A DNA stretch of 64,000 bases from the NCBI RefSeq assembly GCF_001194135.2, contig NC_068982.1, positions 31,270,750-31,334,749 of the forward strand, in the 5' to 3' direction. The notes beneath the pieces are model-generated. The model saw only the letters and a list, made by a program, of their open reading frames with translations, was not told the DNA's origin and searched no databases. This document shows, piece after piece, positions 25,271-37,880 of this stretch (positions are counted from its first letter, which is position 1; each line of letters begins with the position of its first letter). Origin of the DNA: Octopus bimaculoides (lineage: Eukaryota). The position numbers and the translations under genes are program-made.

Positions 25271-26931
25271 ATACAGATAATGAGTTATCAGTGTACCAGA
25301 AGTGCTTTTATGATATTGTCGATTTGGGCAAAAAACCCATTAAATTTCTTTCCTGACTCGATATTTTATGAATCCTTTTTGCTTCGACCAATGACATACA
25401 TACCTAAGGTAGTTTTACGATAGTTACGCTATGTGGTGTCGACATGGTCACTTGCAAAAACGTTAACAGGTGTAAAATAAGGATAAAGAAACCAATAGGA
25501 AAAACTACTTATAGCTCTCATAATATTTTGAGCTTTGTCAACTTTGCTCAGTAGAATAGAATCAGTGGGCATTGTTCGGTTCTGATCAAAATCTTGAGAA
25601 CTATATCACAAATGACTGTTTTCCGAGGTATTTTCCCGAAACAATAAAGGAGAAAATGTATTGTTCTGTTATGAAGACTACTCTTGTGAAAGAAGTTTTA
25701 CCAATATCGGTGCTGTAGTTGCTGCTGCTGCTGGTATTATTGGTTTATGCCATGCCAATTTTATTACTTTTATTGCTACTATCGTTGTTACTGTTGTTGC
25801 TCCTGCTGCCGTTAGTATTGTTGTTGCTTTAGGCTTTGAAATATCAAAGCTTATATCTTTTTTCCAGACATGGTGGAATTTACATAGTCCTTCAAAAGAG
25901 CAAGGAAAAGCTCCTATGAATATATGGTGTTTATATTGTCCATTGACTATAATAAAGTATATAATAGTATATATCTTTCTTTACGATAGGAGGAGACAAG
26001 AAAACCGTAAATGCGTCATGCAGCACCCCAGAGTTTCAGGATGCAATGTATGAGAAGAAATTACAACCGGGTGATAGCCAAGGATATTCCGATAGAAGTT
26101 ATATTAAATTTCATAGAAATGATTAATATCTTGATGTATTTTTAACTTCATTTTTATGGTACCGTATGCTTACATCACCGTAACCACCTGTAGTACATTT
26201 GCAACACAGTTTATATGAGTGGATATATTCTCGTGAGAAATAAAACAAGAAACTACTTATTATTTATATTATATATAGACATCAATGCAACGACAGATAT
26301 GGTTTTATGTGCTAGTGATGTTTCGAAAAAATTATTAGGTAACTGTCCAAACGGCATGACTTTTTGAGTACTTTTTATGTGAGTCCGTTACACACAAATA
26401 AAGTGAAAGTATTCTTTCATCTTCTCTCCCGTTTGAAGAATATATTTCACATTATAAAGCAAGTATTTTATGTGGGAGGGAGTCAAACAAATTTCAAAAG
26501 TATTAGCACTCGTGACGTGAACAGAATTTCTGGTAGAAGAATCCTCGAAAGATGGTAGCAACACATAACACAACAAAATTTTTAAGAGATTAATAAAGAT
26601 GAACAGAAAAATGTGACATTTGAATAAACACATGGAGGTCATATACATTCTTACATTCCCATCTGATCCATGGTATACATTTCACATAGAATTTAATGAT
26701 TTGCAACTTAAAATTTGTGCAAGTTAACCAAGTTTCTAAACAAACTTACACGATTAATCCTTATTCGAATATACATTTCTTATTTACTCTTACATCATTT
26801 GTGTTTCATATGTTTCAGCCATTGGACTGCGGTCATACTGGAGCACCGACTCGAAGGGTTTAGTCGAACAAATCAACCTCAGTATTTACTTTTTAAAGTC
26901 TAGATATAAACAAACCAACACCGGTTATAAA

Positions 26932-27149
26932 AAAAATTGTGCGAATTTGCTTTTTGTCCATGTTGTATTCAACGTTCCGGAAAAAATGGCCTAATTTTCA
27001 AAAAGGAAAAGAGTAACAAGATTCGGTAGAGCGATAAACAGGCTTTAAAATGATATATAAACTCAAACTAATTTAACGAAAATTAATTTGAAAATACTTC
27101 ATTTAAAACCCAAATTAAAAATTCCGCAAGAACTTTCTTGACAACCTAA
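26932..27149 (-). mobile_element. mariner transposon 5' end (TIR plus first codons of transposase)
   Basis: The minus strand reads TA|TTAGGTTGTCAAGAAAGTTCTTGCGG, a mariner-type TIR. An ATG at 26961 begins MDKKQIRTIF, a typical mariner transposase N-terminus, and the sequence is then truncated. Confidence 0.8.
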
Positions 27150-27153
27150 TACA

Positions 27154-27186
<33 letters not shown>

Positions 27187-27346
27187 GCATGCATACATAC
27201 CCTATACGTACACACATGCATGTATATATATNNNNNNNNNNNNNNNNNNNNNNNNNNNNNNNNNNNNNNNNNNNNNNNNNNNNNNNNNNNNNNNNNNNNN
27301 NNNNNNNNNNNNNNNNNNNNNNTATATATATACATACATACATATC

Positions 27347-27682
27347 AGTAATGTTTAACGCCACTTCAACATGGCTGTTCCCTTCGAAAGACGTTACTGC
27401 GATTTTTTAAGCCAAGAGGACATTTCCTCTAGCTGGTTAATGATGCACGCCTGCATCCGACGAGGTGTCCAGTACTGAAGAAGGGCAAAAAATAGTCCGA
27501 AACCAGCTTATTTACTAGTTCTGTCACTAGAAGGTGGTATGGGTTCGCTCCCCTGCTCGCAGTATATCGGATGCCGTTGTGCATCGCTAACCAGTTAGAA
27601 GACATGTCCTCTTGGGGTTAAACAATCACAGTAATGTCCGTTTGAACGAAACAGCCATGTTGAAGTGGCAACAAACATTACT
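27347..27682. mobile_element. ~335-bp element with ~115-bp imperfect terminal inverted repeats around a ribozyme-bearing spacer
   Basis: Arm 27347-27460 is the reverse complement of arm 27567-27682 (GTAATGTTT..GCCACTTCAACATGGCTGTT..CCAAGAGGACAT..CTGGTTA..GATGCAC..GCATCCGA). The spacer is 27461-27566. Confidence 0.85.
27467..27520 (+). ncRNA. Type I minimal hammerhead ribozyme motif (degenerate)
   Basis: CTGAAGA (27475-81), A, stem II GGGC/GTCC with an 8-nt loop, GAAA (27499-502), quasi-palindromic stem III A-CCAGCTTA-T, predicted cleavage after 27512, then TACT pairing with AGTA (27471-74) as stem I. Confidence 0.6.
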
Positions 27683-28732
27683 TGCCAGTGCACCTACATA
27701 GACTTTAAAACTAGTTTATTTGCGTGTTATATATATATATATATTCATACATAACTCACACACACTCGTGTTTTACATTGCCTGCCATTATACGTTTGTA
27801 AATATTTAACAAGTACTTTGGAGTTTACTGTTTAAATTGCTATGATTATTTTGTGTGTTTCATCGCGTTATAAAATGTATTTAGATATTTCATTGAAGTT
27901 TATTTTCGAATTGATAACATAGTCATGTATACATATGATATACCAGAGAAAATATTATTTCACACTATATAAAACAATATCATACGTTTTGCTCAGTACA
28001 TTCAAAGCTGTCTCCTGCAATAAAATTGAATATATTTATTTTGCTTTTATTTTATGAATGTACCCACATACATTTCGGATTACAAACGCGCGCACAAACA
28101 CGCGTAAGTGCACACACACACGCACACACACATACACACACACACATATATATATCAGTGTGTATGTATGTGTGTATTTTTCAAGTAGTTATGGTCAATA
28201 AATTTCTTACATATACACACATTTCTTACTAATGATATAAGTATCGCTGTATATGTTAAAATCCTGCGTGTATGCATATATGTTCGCATGTGTTCATGAG
28301 AGGCCCCGGGATTGCAATGAATAAATTTCACACCCTTATCTATGTGACAAATATAAAGTATTTCTATTTCACGAAAATTCTTTGGTGGTATTCAATAAGC
28401 TGAAACTAGACATAGGATGTTGAAATTATTTTAAATATTTACATAAAGGTTTATATACAAAAAATAACTTTCTAAAAAGTTCTGCTTTCCTGTATATTCA
28501 CACAAAATTCCAAAGAGCACAATGCATTAAAGCGAGAGCATTTCAATACTTTTATTCTATGGCTAGACGCAGGTTTCCGCGGGTCATTAACCGAGTCAGA
28601 ATTTCTGAGTATTATTGAGATAACCGGTATAATTTTCGTTTTGTAAGATTTTTTATTACCGTTAACCCTCATAAAGCCAATGGAAGATTGTTGCACAGGA
28701 AAAAGCAGCTGGAAAATAATTTTTGTTGTTGA

Positions 28733-28789
<57 letters not shown>

Positions 28790-28790
<1 letters not shown>

Positions 28791-29030
28791 TTTGCCTTTG
28801 CACAGCTTCTAACGCTGGAGATGTACTGTGGTGTCAGCTGTTCACTACCAATGAACTAAGGTAACACCTCTTATTTTTCGAGCACCTTCCGGAGTATTCG
28901 GGCGGTTCCAAGCAGTGCTGTTTTCTGCAAGTTCTCCATCGCTATTTCAGCTCCTATTTGTTACCGGACTGCTTAGGTAGTAACACTCCATGACCACAGC
29001 ATTAATTTACTTACTTCATCTACGCCGTGT
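28790..29030 (-). mobile_element. R4/Dong-type (REL endonuclease) LINE 3' fragment abutting (TTA)n
   Basis: The minus strand encodes ..IGAEIAMENLQKTALLGTARILRKVLEK*, a short 3' UTR, and then the TAA run at 28736-28788. Confidence 0.8.
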
Positions 29031-29159
29031 GTTGTGGTTCCTTTCTGGATATCGACAGGCTGGAGCCGGACCAGAATCTCTGAGCCTGCCGGGTGGAACA
29101 CTGTCACAATCATTGACTTCAGTTTCGTTACCACCGTTATTTACAATATTTTTTTTTTC

Positions 29160-29517
29160 ATTGCCATTCATATGAGGTAGCGATTATCAGGTTGCGTTGT
29201 TTGTTTGTTTGTCTATGGACAAGATATCTCAAGAACCATTGGATGGATTCTGATGAAACTTTTAGGGATGTTGGGCCTCGTGACTGGCAGGAAATGATTA
29301 GGTTTTGGGATCGATCCGGTACCGAACAAGGATTCTGGATTATTCTTCATGTCTTTTTTTAAACTTAATTTTTGAGAGCGCTCGAGTTCACTTTAAGTAT
29401 TCTTGTTTGTGAGAGCAGTCGAGTTTATTTCAGATATTCAACTTTTAAAAATCATCTCCAGCTAATCGTTGAGAGGACGTTGTTACCTTAGCGGATGTTG
29501 GTGCTCTCTGAGAGCCC

Positions 29518-29522
<5 letters not shown>
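29160..29522 (+). mobile_element. Helentron-associated non-autonomous element (HINE/DINE-1-like)
   Basis: It has the architecture typical of this class: (GTTT)n near the 5' end, TGGATGGATT..GATGAAACTTT, GATCGATCCGG, and a 3' end CCTTAGCGGA.GTTGGTGCTCTCTGAGAGCCCTTGTT running into T-rich sequence. Confidence 0.6.
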
Positions 29523-29584
<62 letters not shown>

Positions 29585-29585
29585 G

Positions 29586-29624
<39 letters not shown>

Positions 29625-29719
29625 GTTATTATTGCTGTCATTGTTGTCAGCTAGTGAAAACGTTTTTATAGCTCCGTGAGTTGTAGTTTGTGCAGAAATT
29701 TTTGAAGATTGCTGCATCT

Positions 29720-30175
29720 TTCTTTCGTTTCTTGTATGGGACCCCTCCTGTTAACTAGAAGGGGTCCATTGATGAACGTTCGTCCTTTTGGTGGCAATTT
29801 TGGACTTACTGTCATTTAAAAAATAATTGGTCTTCGTTTTACGGAAAGCAAGATCGACTCCATTGTCGTGGGGAGTGGCAGTGGCTGTCCTAGCATGCCC
29901 CTCTTCGCTGGATACTAGAACTACGTATCTCCGTGTCGATCAGGAGAGGGCGGTGGTGGCACTGCGATGCTTTTCCGGAAAGGTCTGAATTTGAAAATAA
30001 AAGCAATCTTCATGGATCCAGAAGATACGTTGGTGCTCCTGGATGTGAACAACAGTGACGGCGGTGCATTCAGACTGGTGGTTGCCTAAACTCCAACAGG
30101 GCCAGGGTGGCCGGATTACTTCAAGCGTCTGGAGACTTTCGAACTTTAGTGTTAGTAGGGGATTGGAATGCTATA
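29720..30175 (+). mobile_element. Tx1/L1-like LINE fragment, APE endonuclease N-terminus
   Basis: GGGTAMLFRKGLNLKIKAIFMDPE..LVLLDVNN..AFRLVVA*TP followed by TLVLVGDWNAI (APE GD(F/W)N motif). It is truncated at a microsatellite and gap. Confidence 0.75.
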
Positions 30176-30190
30176 CATACACACACACAC

Positions 30191-30240
<50 letters not shown>

Positions 30241-30349
30241 NNNNNNNNNNNNNNNNNNNNNNNNNNNNNNNNNNNNNNNNNNNNNNNNNNNNNNNNNNNN
30301 NNNNNNNNNNNNNNNNNNNNNNNNNNATATATATATATATATATATATA

Positions 30350-31397
30350 TACTGGGAAGTCCCGTAGAATTGTTACATTTTCTCCCTCAGTTACGCCCTC
30401 AGGGTAGTGCTTGTACTTTTGATATTATAATGCCGACATTATCTAATGTAGATATTGGCCAACTCTGTCATGTCTTGATTTGTAATTTGATGCTAAAAGC
30501 TTACATCCAGAGATTAGGTGATCCATTGTTTTTATGCCATTGTTGCAGTATCGGCACTTTGGGTCTAGACCATTTTCATCACATTGGTTTGATAGTTCCT
30601 TGTCAATAAGTTCTGATCTTGGGCAGCCAAGATAGGGCCTTCACTGTCTCCCTTTAGCTCTGAGCTCCGTAGCCACTGATGAGTGTGCTTCTGGTCTACA
30701 GCAGCTTGTTTACTGCGGATCATATATTTACCGTGCAGAGGGTTTTGTTCCCACCTATCTATCAATTCTTCAAACACATTCTGCTTTACTATTGACTTCA
30801 CTTTCTTTGCAACTACAATTGCTGCACTTCCCTCATGCTCTTCAACATGGGTATTATGCATAAACTCACTTGAAAATTTTTTGCTCTCCTTCACAACAGA
30901 AAGAAACTACTTACGTCTTCTAGGGTTTACAACGATCTTTAACATTCACTCGTTAGATGTTTCAAGATATTTTACCAGTCCAGTTGTGGTGGTTTTGTAA
31001 GAGATTTCAAATTGGATCAAGCCTCAACCTCCTTGAGCTCTGGGTTGGTAAAGACGATCTTCCACTGCCTTTGTGCGGTTCATCTTATTGCAAGCCAGCA
31101 GCTTACGGATTTTCCTGTCAATCTTCCTTATTTCACTAATATTCCAGTTCAACACATTGAAACTAAATAATAAGAGAAACTGTTCAGGAATTTATAGCTA
31201 ACAGCTTGTTACGTGCATTTAACTCGGATATTAGGATTGCACGAACTCTCCTGCCTCATTCTTTCTTGGTATTCTCTTTCATACTTGCATGTTGAATGCC
31301 AGAGCCCTCATGTATTCCGAGGCATTTGTAAGTTTATTCCTGGCTCGAGATCTTTTACGATTGTTTCAACAGCCAACGCCACTGAATGCGTGGTCTT

Positions 31398-31400
<3 letters not shown>
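30350..31400 (-). mobile_element. R4/Dong-type LINE fragment (RT C-terminus and zinc-knuckle region)
   Basis: RKIDRKIRKLL, ..LPRAQGG.GLIQ, HQWLRSSELKGDSEGPILAAQDQNLLTRNY and CHHLISG..RHDRVGQYLH. It is degenerate and abuts (TAC)n at 31398-31458. Confidence 0.85.
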
Positions 31401-31459
<59 letters not shown>

Positions 31460-34400
31460 TAATCATTATTATTTACTTTTAATCTGCATGTTTTTATAAT
31501 CCCTTGCCGAGACACACCCGGCGTTCTTGGATGAGTAGGGATAAGAGGTGCATATGCACACATACATGTGCACCCTCATGCACATACAGTTGCGCGCACA
31601 CACACACACACACACACACCACCCAGACAATTATACCAGCACAAACATACTCAGACAGACACACACACACATACTCTCGTACACGCACATAACATCTCTA
31701 CCAACAAAACACACACAAACATACACATACACACACACAGACGCACACATACACACACACACGAACAAACACATACACACAAACACATACACACATGCAC
31801 ACACATAGCACCCTGACAAATACAAATCATACACAAATATACGCACCATCCTGGTAAATATAAAGCACACACAGTGTCGCGATTGAAAGTTCTTAATCCC
31901 TCCACTGTATCTGTAACCATAAAACATGCGTTTATCCTTAAAATATTTAGTATTGTTTCCAAATTAAAGGGTAACATTTTTGTGAACGGCGAAAATTCGT
32001 CAGTTAAATGTATGGGATAAAACTCCGTCTTGATGTAATTATTGTATACAGAAATCAAATTTTATAATTTAATTTTCATTAGGAAGTTTCTTAGATAAAT
32101 TCTACTTGTTATCTTATATTACCGCCATTAAAATTATCGTACTTACCACCAGCTTCAAAATTAGCGGCATCAGTAGCTCCATCAGTCACTATCAGTAGGG
32201 TTTTTTTTTTATATCTCTCGCTATCACTTTATATTTTTGCTGCATCATCATTAATATTAGCAACTCTATCACCGCTGTCACCACAATCACCCACTTTTCT
32301 TTATCATCACCATCATCACCATTATGTGGGTGATAAACTTGATAATGATAATGATGATAATGATGATGATGATAATCATTATCATAGTCGTCGTCGTCGT
32401 CATGTTTCTCTCCCCATCGTCGTAGTCATCATTTAAAATTATGTTTCTCAATTTCTTTATTGCTGTAGACCAAATTCTACCACTGCAATTCAAATTTATT
32501 TTATTTTTCGATACTTTCTTTTTAATGACATGTGGTATAGAGTGCCTTTATCAATGAAAGGCTTCTCGAGTCTAAAGTGATAACTTCTTAATTCACCTGT
32601 TTAAATTCTTTATCTATTGTCTTAGTTTTTATATTCTTTTAGGCTTCTTTTGGTTTATTTTGGTTTAAAAGCGACAAGAAATATTTGAGCCAATCTGGGA
32701 CGTCTGAAGTTTATAGAATTCTTCTTTTCTGTATATCATTGTAAACGTAAGGGAATATGAAACCATCTAAAATTGTTAGGTTTATCGCAAGAATTAGAAT
32801 TCAAATACGCTGACAGTGATGTCATTATCTTACGAACATTTCAGTCCTGAAATAATTGGCAACTGCATCTTGTCATTATTATAGTTTGCTCATGATACAT
32901 ATGGAGCCAAAATAACTCAAACTATAAAGTTTTCTGCTTCGTCAACAGAATAAGATGCATGACTAGTATTGTTTAAGTTTGAAATATATATGTATTGTTT
33001 GATGGCGTCTGTGATTTATAGTACCGGAAATACTGAAATTATTTTTGTAGTATATTATTAAAATCTATACTAAATATATATCATACGACATCATCATTTT
33101 TACCTGTTTTTACAATAGAAGCATTGCAAATGAAACTTGCATATATTCCAACGTTTGAAAATGAAAATATACAGAAATGTTGTTAAACCTGGGTGTATAT
33201 GATAAATATAATGCATGATAATTTAAATAGAACAGTTATCTATTTGAAACACGATTACGGAAAGGGTAACTGAGAAAATATTGCGATGATATATAGAATA
33301 AATTTTGTTTACTACAGAACGAATATTCAAATTAATGTGCACAGGCGCTCAAACCATGGACACACGAGATATTGCTATTGTAAGCATTGCATACAATATA
33401 CAAATGCTATTTACATTACACAGAATTAATGTATGGACCAGACTGCAATTACAATTATAAACAGCCGTATTAATACCACTAAACAAAATTCACAGTTTTT
33501 TTTTTATTTTTGTCACTCTCAATAATAAATCAATTAATACATAGAATTTTGCCTTGTAATAGCGTGTACGCACCTCTTGTATTATTCCAGTACGCAAAGA
33601 CACCTCAATAAAAAGAAATACCCTGCGTTACTTAGACAGTGAAGGTATGATCAAAGTATGTTTCAACAACAGAAAAAGAACTGAACAGCCATATCCAATG
33701 GTCTGTATAAATAGCATACCGATATTTCAGTTGTTTTCATGATGATGAATATATTTTAACATCTGAAACATTGGCATAATTATATTTTGAATTTTTTTAG
33801 CTGTTATTTCTAGTTTATATATGATCTTATTTTAAAATGAGTAACTTTAAACTAGTTATGATCACTGGTTGGGAAAACATGGCTTAACCATGATAACGTT
33901 ATTGAAACTTTGATTCGAATGATAAGCACAATATCTACCATATACATAGAAATAACTTTAATATCAATTGCTACTATATGTCCAAACATTGTGTTAGCAA
34001 TGAATAATAAATTCTGAGTAATGAAAGCTAAATCGAACTAATCAAATATTCTTTGAAGTATCTGCAGCAATCTCTTCAAACTATCTAGACGTAATAAAAG
34101 ACGTTGGATTACAAAGAGTATATAATACACTTAGATAGACAGGCTGTACCTCGCAGAACCAAACACAGCGTGAACCTACAGAGGAGATTTTAATTAACTC
34201 TTTGATCTGCTACGGGTAGCAGACATATCTCCTACCAATAACACATTACCAAATTAAAGTCAGAAGGACGAGATATAAAATTGTATCCTAGATACACATA
34301 ACGTCGAGATAGGATCGGTGAGAATGTCATGGATTTTTGATGTGTACGATCATTGCTAACTTTGCTTTAAAAAAAACATTCGACCAACAAATGCCAGACG

Positions 34401-34873
34401 ACAGGATAATAGAAAATTCTCATTGAAAGAGCGACTTACGAAAAAATCATGACATGTAGGCGCAGGCGTGACTGTGTGTAGGAAGGTTGCTTCTCAACCA
34501 CATGGTTTAAGTTTCAGGCACACTTGGCAAGTATCTTCTACTGCAACCTTTACTGCAGTAGAAGATACTTGGGCACAAAACTCAACAACAATAACACACG
34601 TAACAGCAACAACATTGAAACACTTCATAATATGAAACGCAATTACATATTAAGCCTATTCAAATTATGATTAGTGTGCTGAAATTGTAAATGACTTCCA
34701 ATAAATTAGTAACTACTACTACTACTACCAATACTGCTACAACGCATTTCTTTAGAAAATAACCTTGCCCGAACTATAAAAATCTTATAGCTATTTAGAA
34801 ACATGAGTATCATGCTCCCCCCCCCCCCCATTTTAACTTAATATCTTTTAAAAGTCTTTCTTGGGAAAGGTTC

Positions 34874-35154
34874 TTATGCATATACAAATGTTGAGTCAAG
34901 TCGACGATTTGGCAGAGACATTAAAACGGCAGATTGCCTTGTAATGTTCCCTCCGGGTCCCTGCATTCTGAGTACATTTACTACTGAAGTCAAACTTGTT
35001 TTACAGATTTTCGGGGCAGGTAAATTATGTAGCAGCCACGTGCTGGAGTCTATTTTACTATTCTCCGTCTTTCTTTCTGCTTGACTGTCTGGGTTTTCTC
35101 TTTGTAGAGAAATGGATAGCCTGAGAAGGTTTAAAGCCTCATCGTTTTTAACAT
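34874..35154 (-). CDS. Candidate coding exon (~93 codons) of an unidentified gene
   Basis: Acceptor catgttttAG is followed by an open phase-1 frame DVKNDEALNLLRLSISLQRENPDSQAERKTENSKIDSSTWLLHNLPAPKICKTSLTSVVNVLRMQGPGGNITRQSAVLMSLPNRRLDSTFVYA*. It is a higher-GC island with no transposon motif recognised. Confidence 0.3.
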
Positions 35155-35394
35155 CTAAAACATGACGACTGCTAGTGAGGACACCGAAAACTCCCAGAAA
35201 TTATACCACCAAATGTTAAATATAGAATATGGATAGAATAGATGTATACATCTAGATTAATAAATCATGCGATATTTACCCTTGTCGTGCAGTTATGGTT
35301 TATACACTTTTTCGAGGTCAGTGAATTTTCGTCACTGGAAAAAGTATATATGTATTTGCATTGGGACCCCTTCGCATCGAAGATCGGTGATTGT

Positions 35395-35439
35395 CGTACG
35401 CTGACGAAGGGTAAATACCCAGAAAATCGAGTCCATGCG
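35395..35439 (+). ncRNA. Type I minimal hammerhead ribozyme motif
   Basis: Stem I CGTACG/CATGCG (1 mismatch, 1 wobble), CTGACGA (35401-07), stem II GGGT-AAAT-ACCC with one extra A on each side, GAAA (35422-25), near-palindromic stem III A-ATCGAG-T, and a GTC cleavage triplet ending at 35433. Confidence 0.6.
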
Positions 35440-36259
35440 TATCACATAAGATCAAGATGGGAAAGATGAGTTCCCTTTGCAAATACCGACAGGGCACAGA
35501 GGTGTGTCAATAGCCAGCTGGAGGAGATGTTCTCCTGGGGCTAAAAGCAACAGTAACATTCACCCTTAGGGTTTAGCCGCATTTAAGTAGCAAATATACT
35601 TCACGTTATATATATATANNNNNNNNNNNNNNNNNNNNNNNNNNNNNNNNNNNNNNNNNNNNNNNNNNNNNNNNNNNNNNNNNNNNNNNNNNNNNNNNNN
35701 NNNNNNNNNNNNNNNNNNNNNNNNNNNNNNNNNNNNNNNNNNNNNNNNNNNNNNNNNNNNNNNNNNNNNNNNNNNNNNNNNNNNNNNNNNNNNNNNNNNN
35801 NNNNNNNNNNNNNNNNNNNNNNNNNNNNNNNNNNNNNNNNNNNNNNNNNNNNNNNNNNNNNNNNNNNNNNNNNNNNNNNNNNNNNNNNNNNNNNNNNNNN
35901 NNNNNNNNNNNNNNNNNNNNNNNNNNNNNNNNNNNNNNNNNNNNNNNNNNNNNNNNNNNNNNNNNNNNNNNNNNNNNNNNNNNNNNNNNNNNNNNNNNNN
36001 NNNNNNNNNNNNNNNNNNNNNNNNNNNNNNNNNNNNNNNNNNNNNNNNNNNNNNNNNNNNNNNNNNNNNNNNNNNNNNNNNNNNNNNNNNNNNNNNNNNN
36101 NNNNNNNNNNNNNNNNNNNNNNNNNNNNNNNNNNNNNNNNNNNNNNNNNNNNNNNNNNNNNNNNNNNNNNNNNNNNNNNNNNNNNNNNNNNNNNNNNNNN
36201 NNNNNNNNNNNNNNNNNNNNNNNNNNNNNNNNNNNNNNNNNNNNNNNNNNNNNNNNNNN

Positions 36260-36290
<31 letters not shown>

Positions 36291-36299
36291 CATACATAT

Positions 36300-36478
36300 A
36301 TACGACGGGCTTCTTTTAGCTTCCGTCTACCAAATCCACTGAGAAGGCTTTGGGCAACCCGAGAGTATAACAAGACACATTTACCCAAATTTCACACAAT
36401 GAGACTGAAACCCGATCCATATGGTTGGGAAGCAAACTTGTTACCACGTAGCCACGCTTGCACCTATACCTATATGGA
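36300..36478 (-). mobile_element. SINE family B, 5' half (3' half lost in gap)
   Basis: GACGGGCTTCTTT..TTCCGTCTACCAAATCCACT..ATGGTTGGGAAGCAA.CTT.TTACCAC.TAGCCAC, directly beside the TA/CA microsatellite and N gap. Confidence 0.8.
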
Positions 36479-36544
36479 TGTGTGCGTTTGCGTGTTAGCG
36501 TGCTTGTGTGTTTGTGTGTGTAGGTATGTTTATATATATATTTA

Positions 36545-37073
36545 TCTAACTTCTGTGATGAGGCATTAAAGGAGGCAGTTTTAGGGTTCTTGAACGGAAT
36601 CCATGGTCTCGTGAATGCAATTTCTGGTGGTTTTCGGTACGTAACTTGCAACCAATATTCCTTAAATCCCAAACTGTCACATTCTTGGAGGTCTCACAAT
36701 CGGATCGTCTCTTCCTTGGCGAAGGGTCCTTAAGGAATAGTCAAACCGTGTCCACATGACGGCCTAACTTCTCCGCAGTGACATGAAGAGCAGTGCCTTC
36801 AGCACGTTCCTTTATGATGACATACTTTCTTCATCATTAAGAACGTTTTCACGTCTCATTGTTCTTAGAGAGGAGAGACGCTATTAGCGTTGTTGCGCCA
36901 AAACCTGAAGAATCTGAAATAAAAAAGGAAGGGCATCACACAGAATAACGAAAACATAACAATGGTGTTGTCATAGTGTGCAAACCAACTGGTAAAAGTT
37001 TATTCAAAATTGATTGGCAGAATACCGAGGAATCCTAAATTTCACTCCTAAGGAATTAGCGTGGTTCTGGGTG
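36545..37073 (-). mobile_element. Tc1-like transposon 5' fragment (TIR plus HTH region of transposase)
   Basis: Terminus TA|CACCCAGAACCACGCTAATTCC.. at 37073. Translation MRRENVLNDEE / KYVIIKERAEGTALHVTAEKLGRHVDTV*LFLKDPSPRKRRSD..KLPPL is typical of a Tc1 N-terminus. Confidence 0.8.
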
Positions 37074-37098
37074 TATATATATATATGTGTGTATATGT

Positions 37099-37202
<104 letters not shown>

Positions 37203-37641
37203 GTATATATATATAAGGGCTACGCCCGAAACGTCATACACTCTCTCTTTCCTTTCCTGAGCGTCCAGTAATACTATCCATATCACGTCCTCACCTTGTT
37301 GTTTTTTTGTTTTTTTGTTATTGTTTTTTTTAACTATATATATATATATGTTTGTATGTGTGTATACACACACACACGTTTTTACATATATATTTGATGG
37401 GGGCGTATGTCGATTATATTGACTCAGTATATTCTTTCTTTTATCGACTCCGGAAGGATAGAAAGTTAAGTCAATCTGGTCGAGAATATTTGAAAGATTA
37501 ATCCATAAGAAGAAACTATCGTCATAAGCATCAACAAGAACATGAATGAAGTGCATATGGATAAGTAGCAACATGTGAGTAACAGAGATAATAATAAACA
37601 ACGGAGTATATGAGTTTATTTGTTATTTTTGTATTTTATTT

Positions 37642-37826
37642 TTGAGTTGTGATGATGAGGACAACAACGACAATAAGAACGGTAATGATGATGATGATGT
37701 GGAGGAGGAGGAGGATGAAGATGATAATGATGAAGATGATAATGATGATGAGGATAATGATGTTGATGACAACGATAATGACGACGACGACGAAGATGAC
37801 GATGATGACGATGATGACAATGATGG

Positions 37827-37880
<54 letters not shown>
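37642..37880. repeat. Degenerate (GAT/GAC)n trinucleotide tract
   Basis: A run of GAT, GAC, GAG and AAT triplets. It produces the poly-D, poly-H, poly-S, poly-I and poly-M ORFs in the track. Confidence 0.9.

Noticed and set aside
25868-26053. KAPMNIW..RRQENRKCVMQHP, reminiscent of an HMG box
   Set aside because: It needs a speculative 63-nt intron, key HMG residues are absent, and the frame stops immediately.
33634-33702. Minus-strand peptide TIGYGCSVLFLLL resembling a K+ channel selectivity filter
   Set aside because: No pore helix precedes it, the following residues do not fit, and a 5-residue match is expected by chance.
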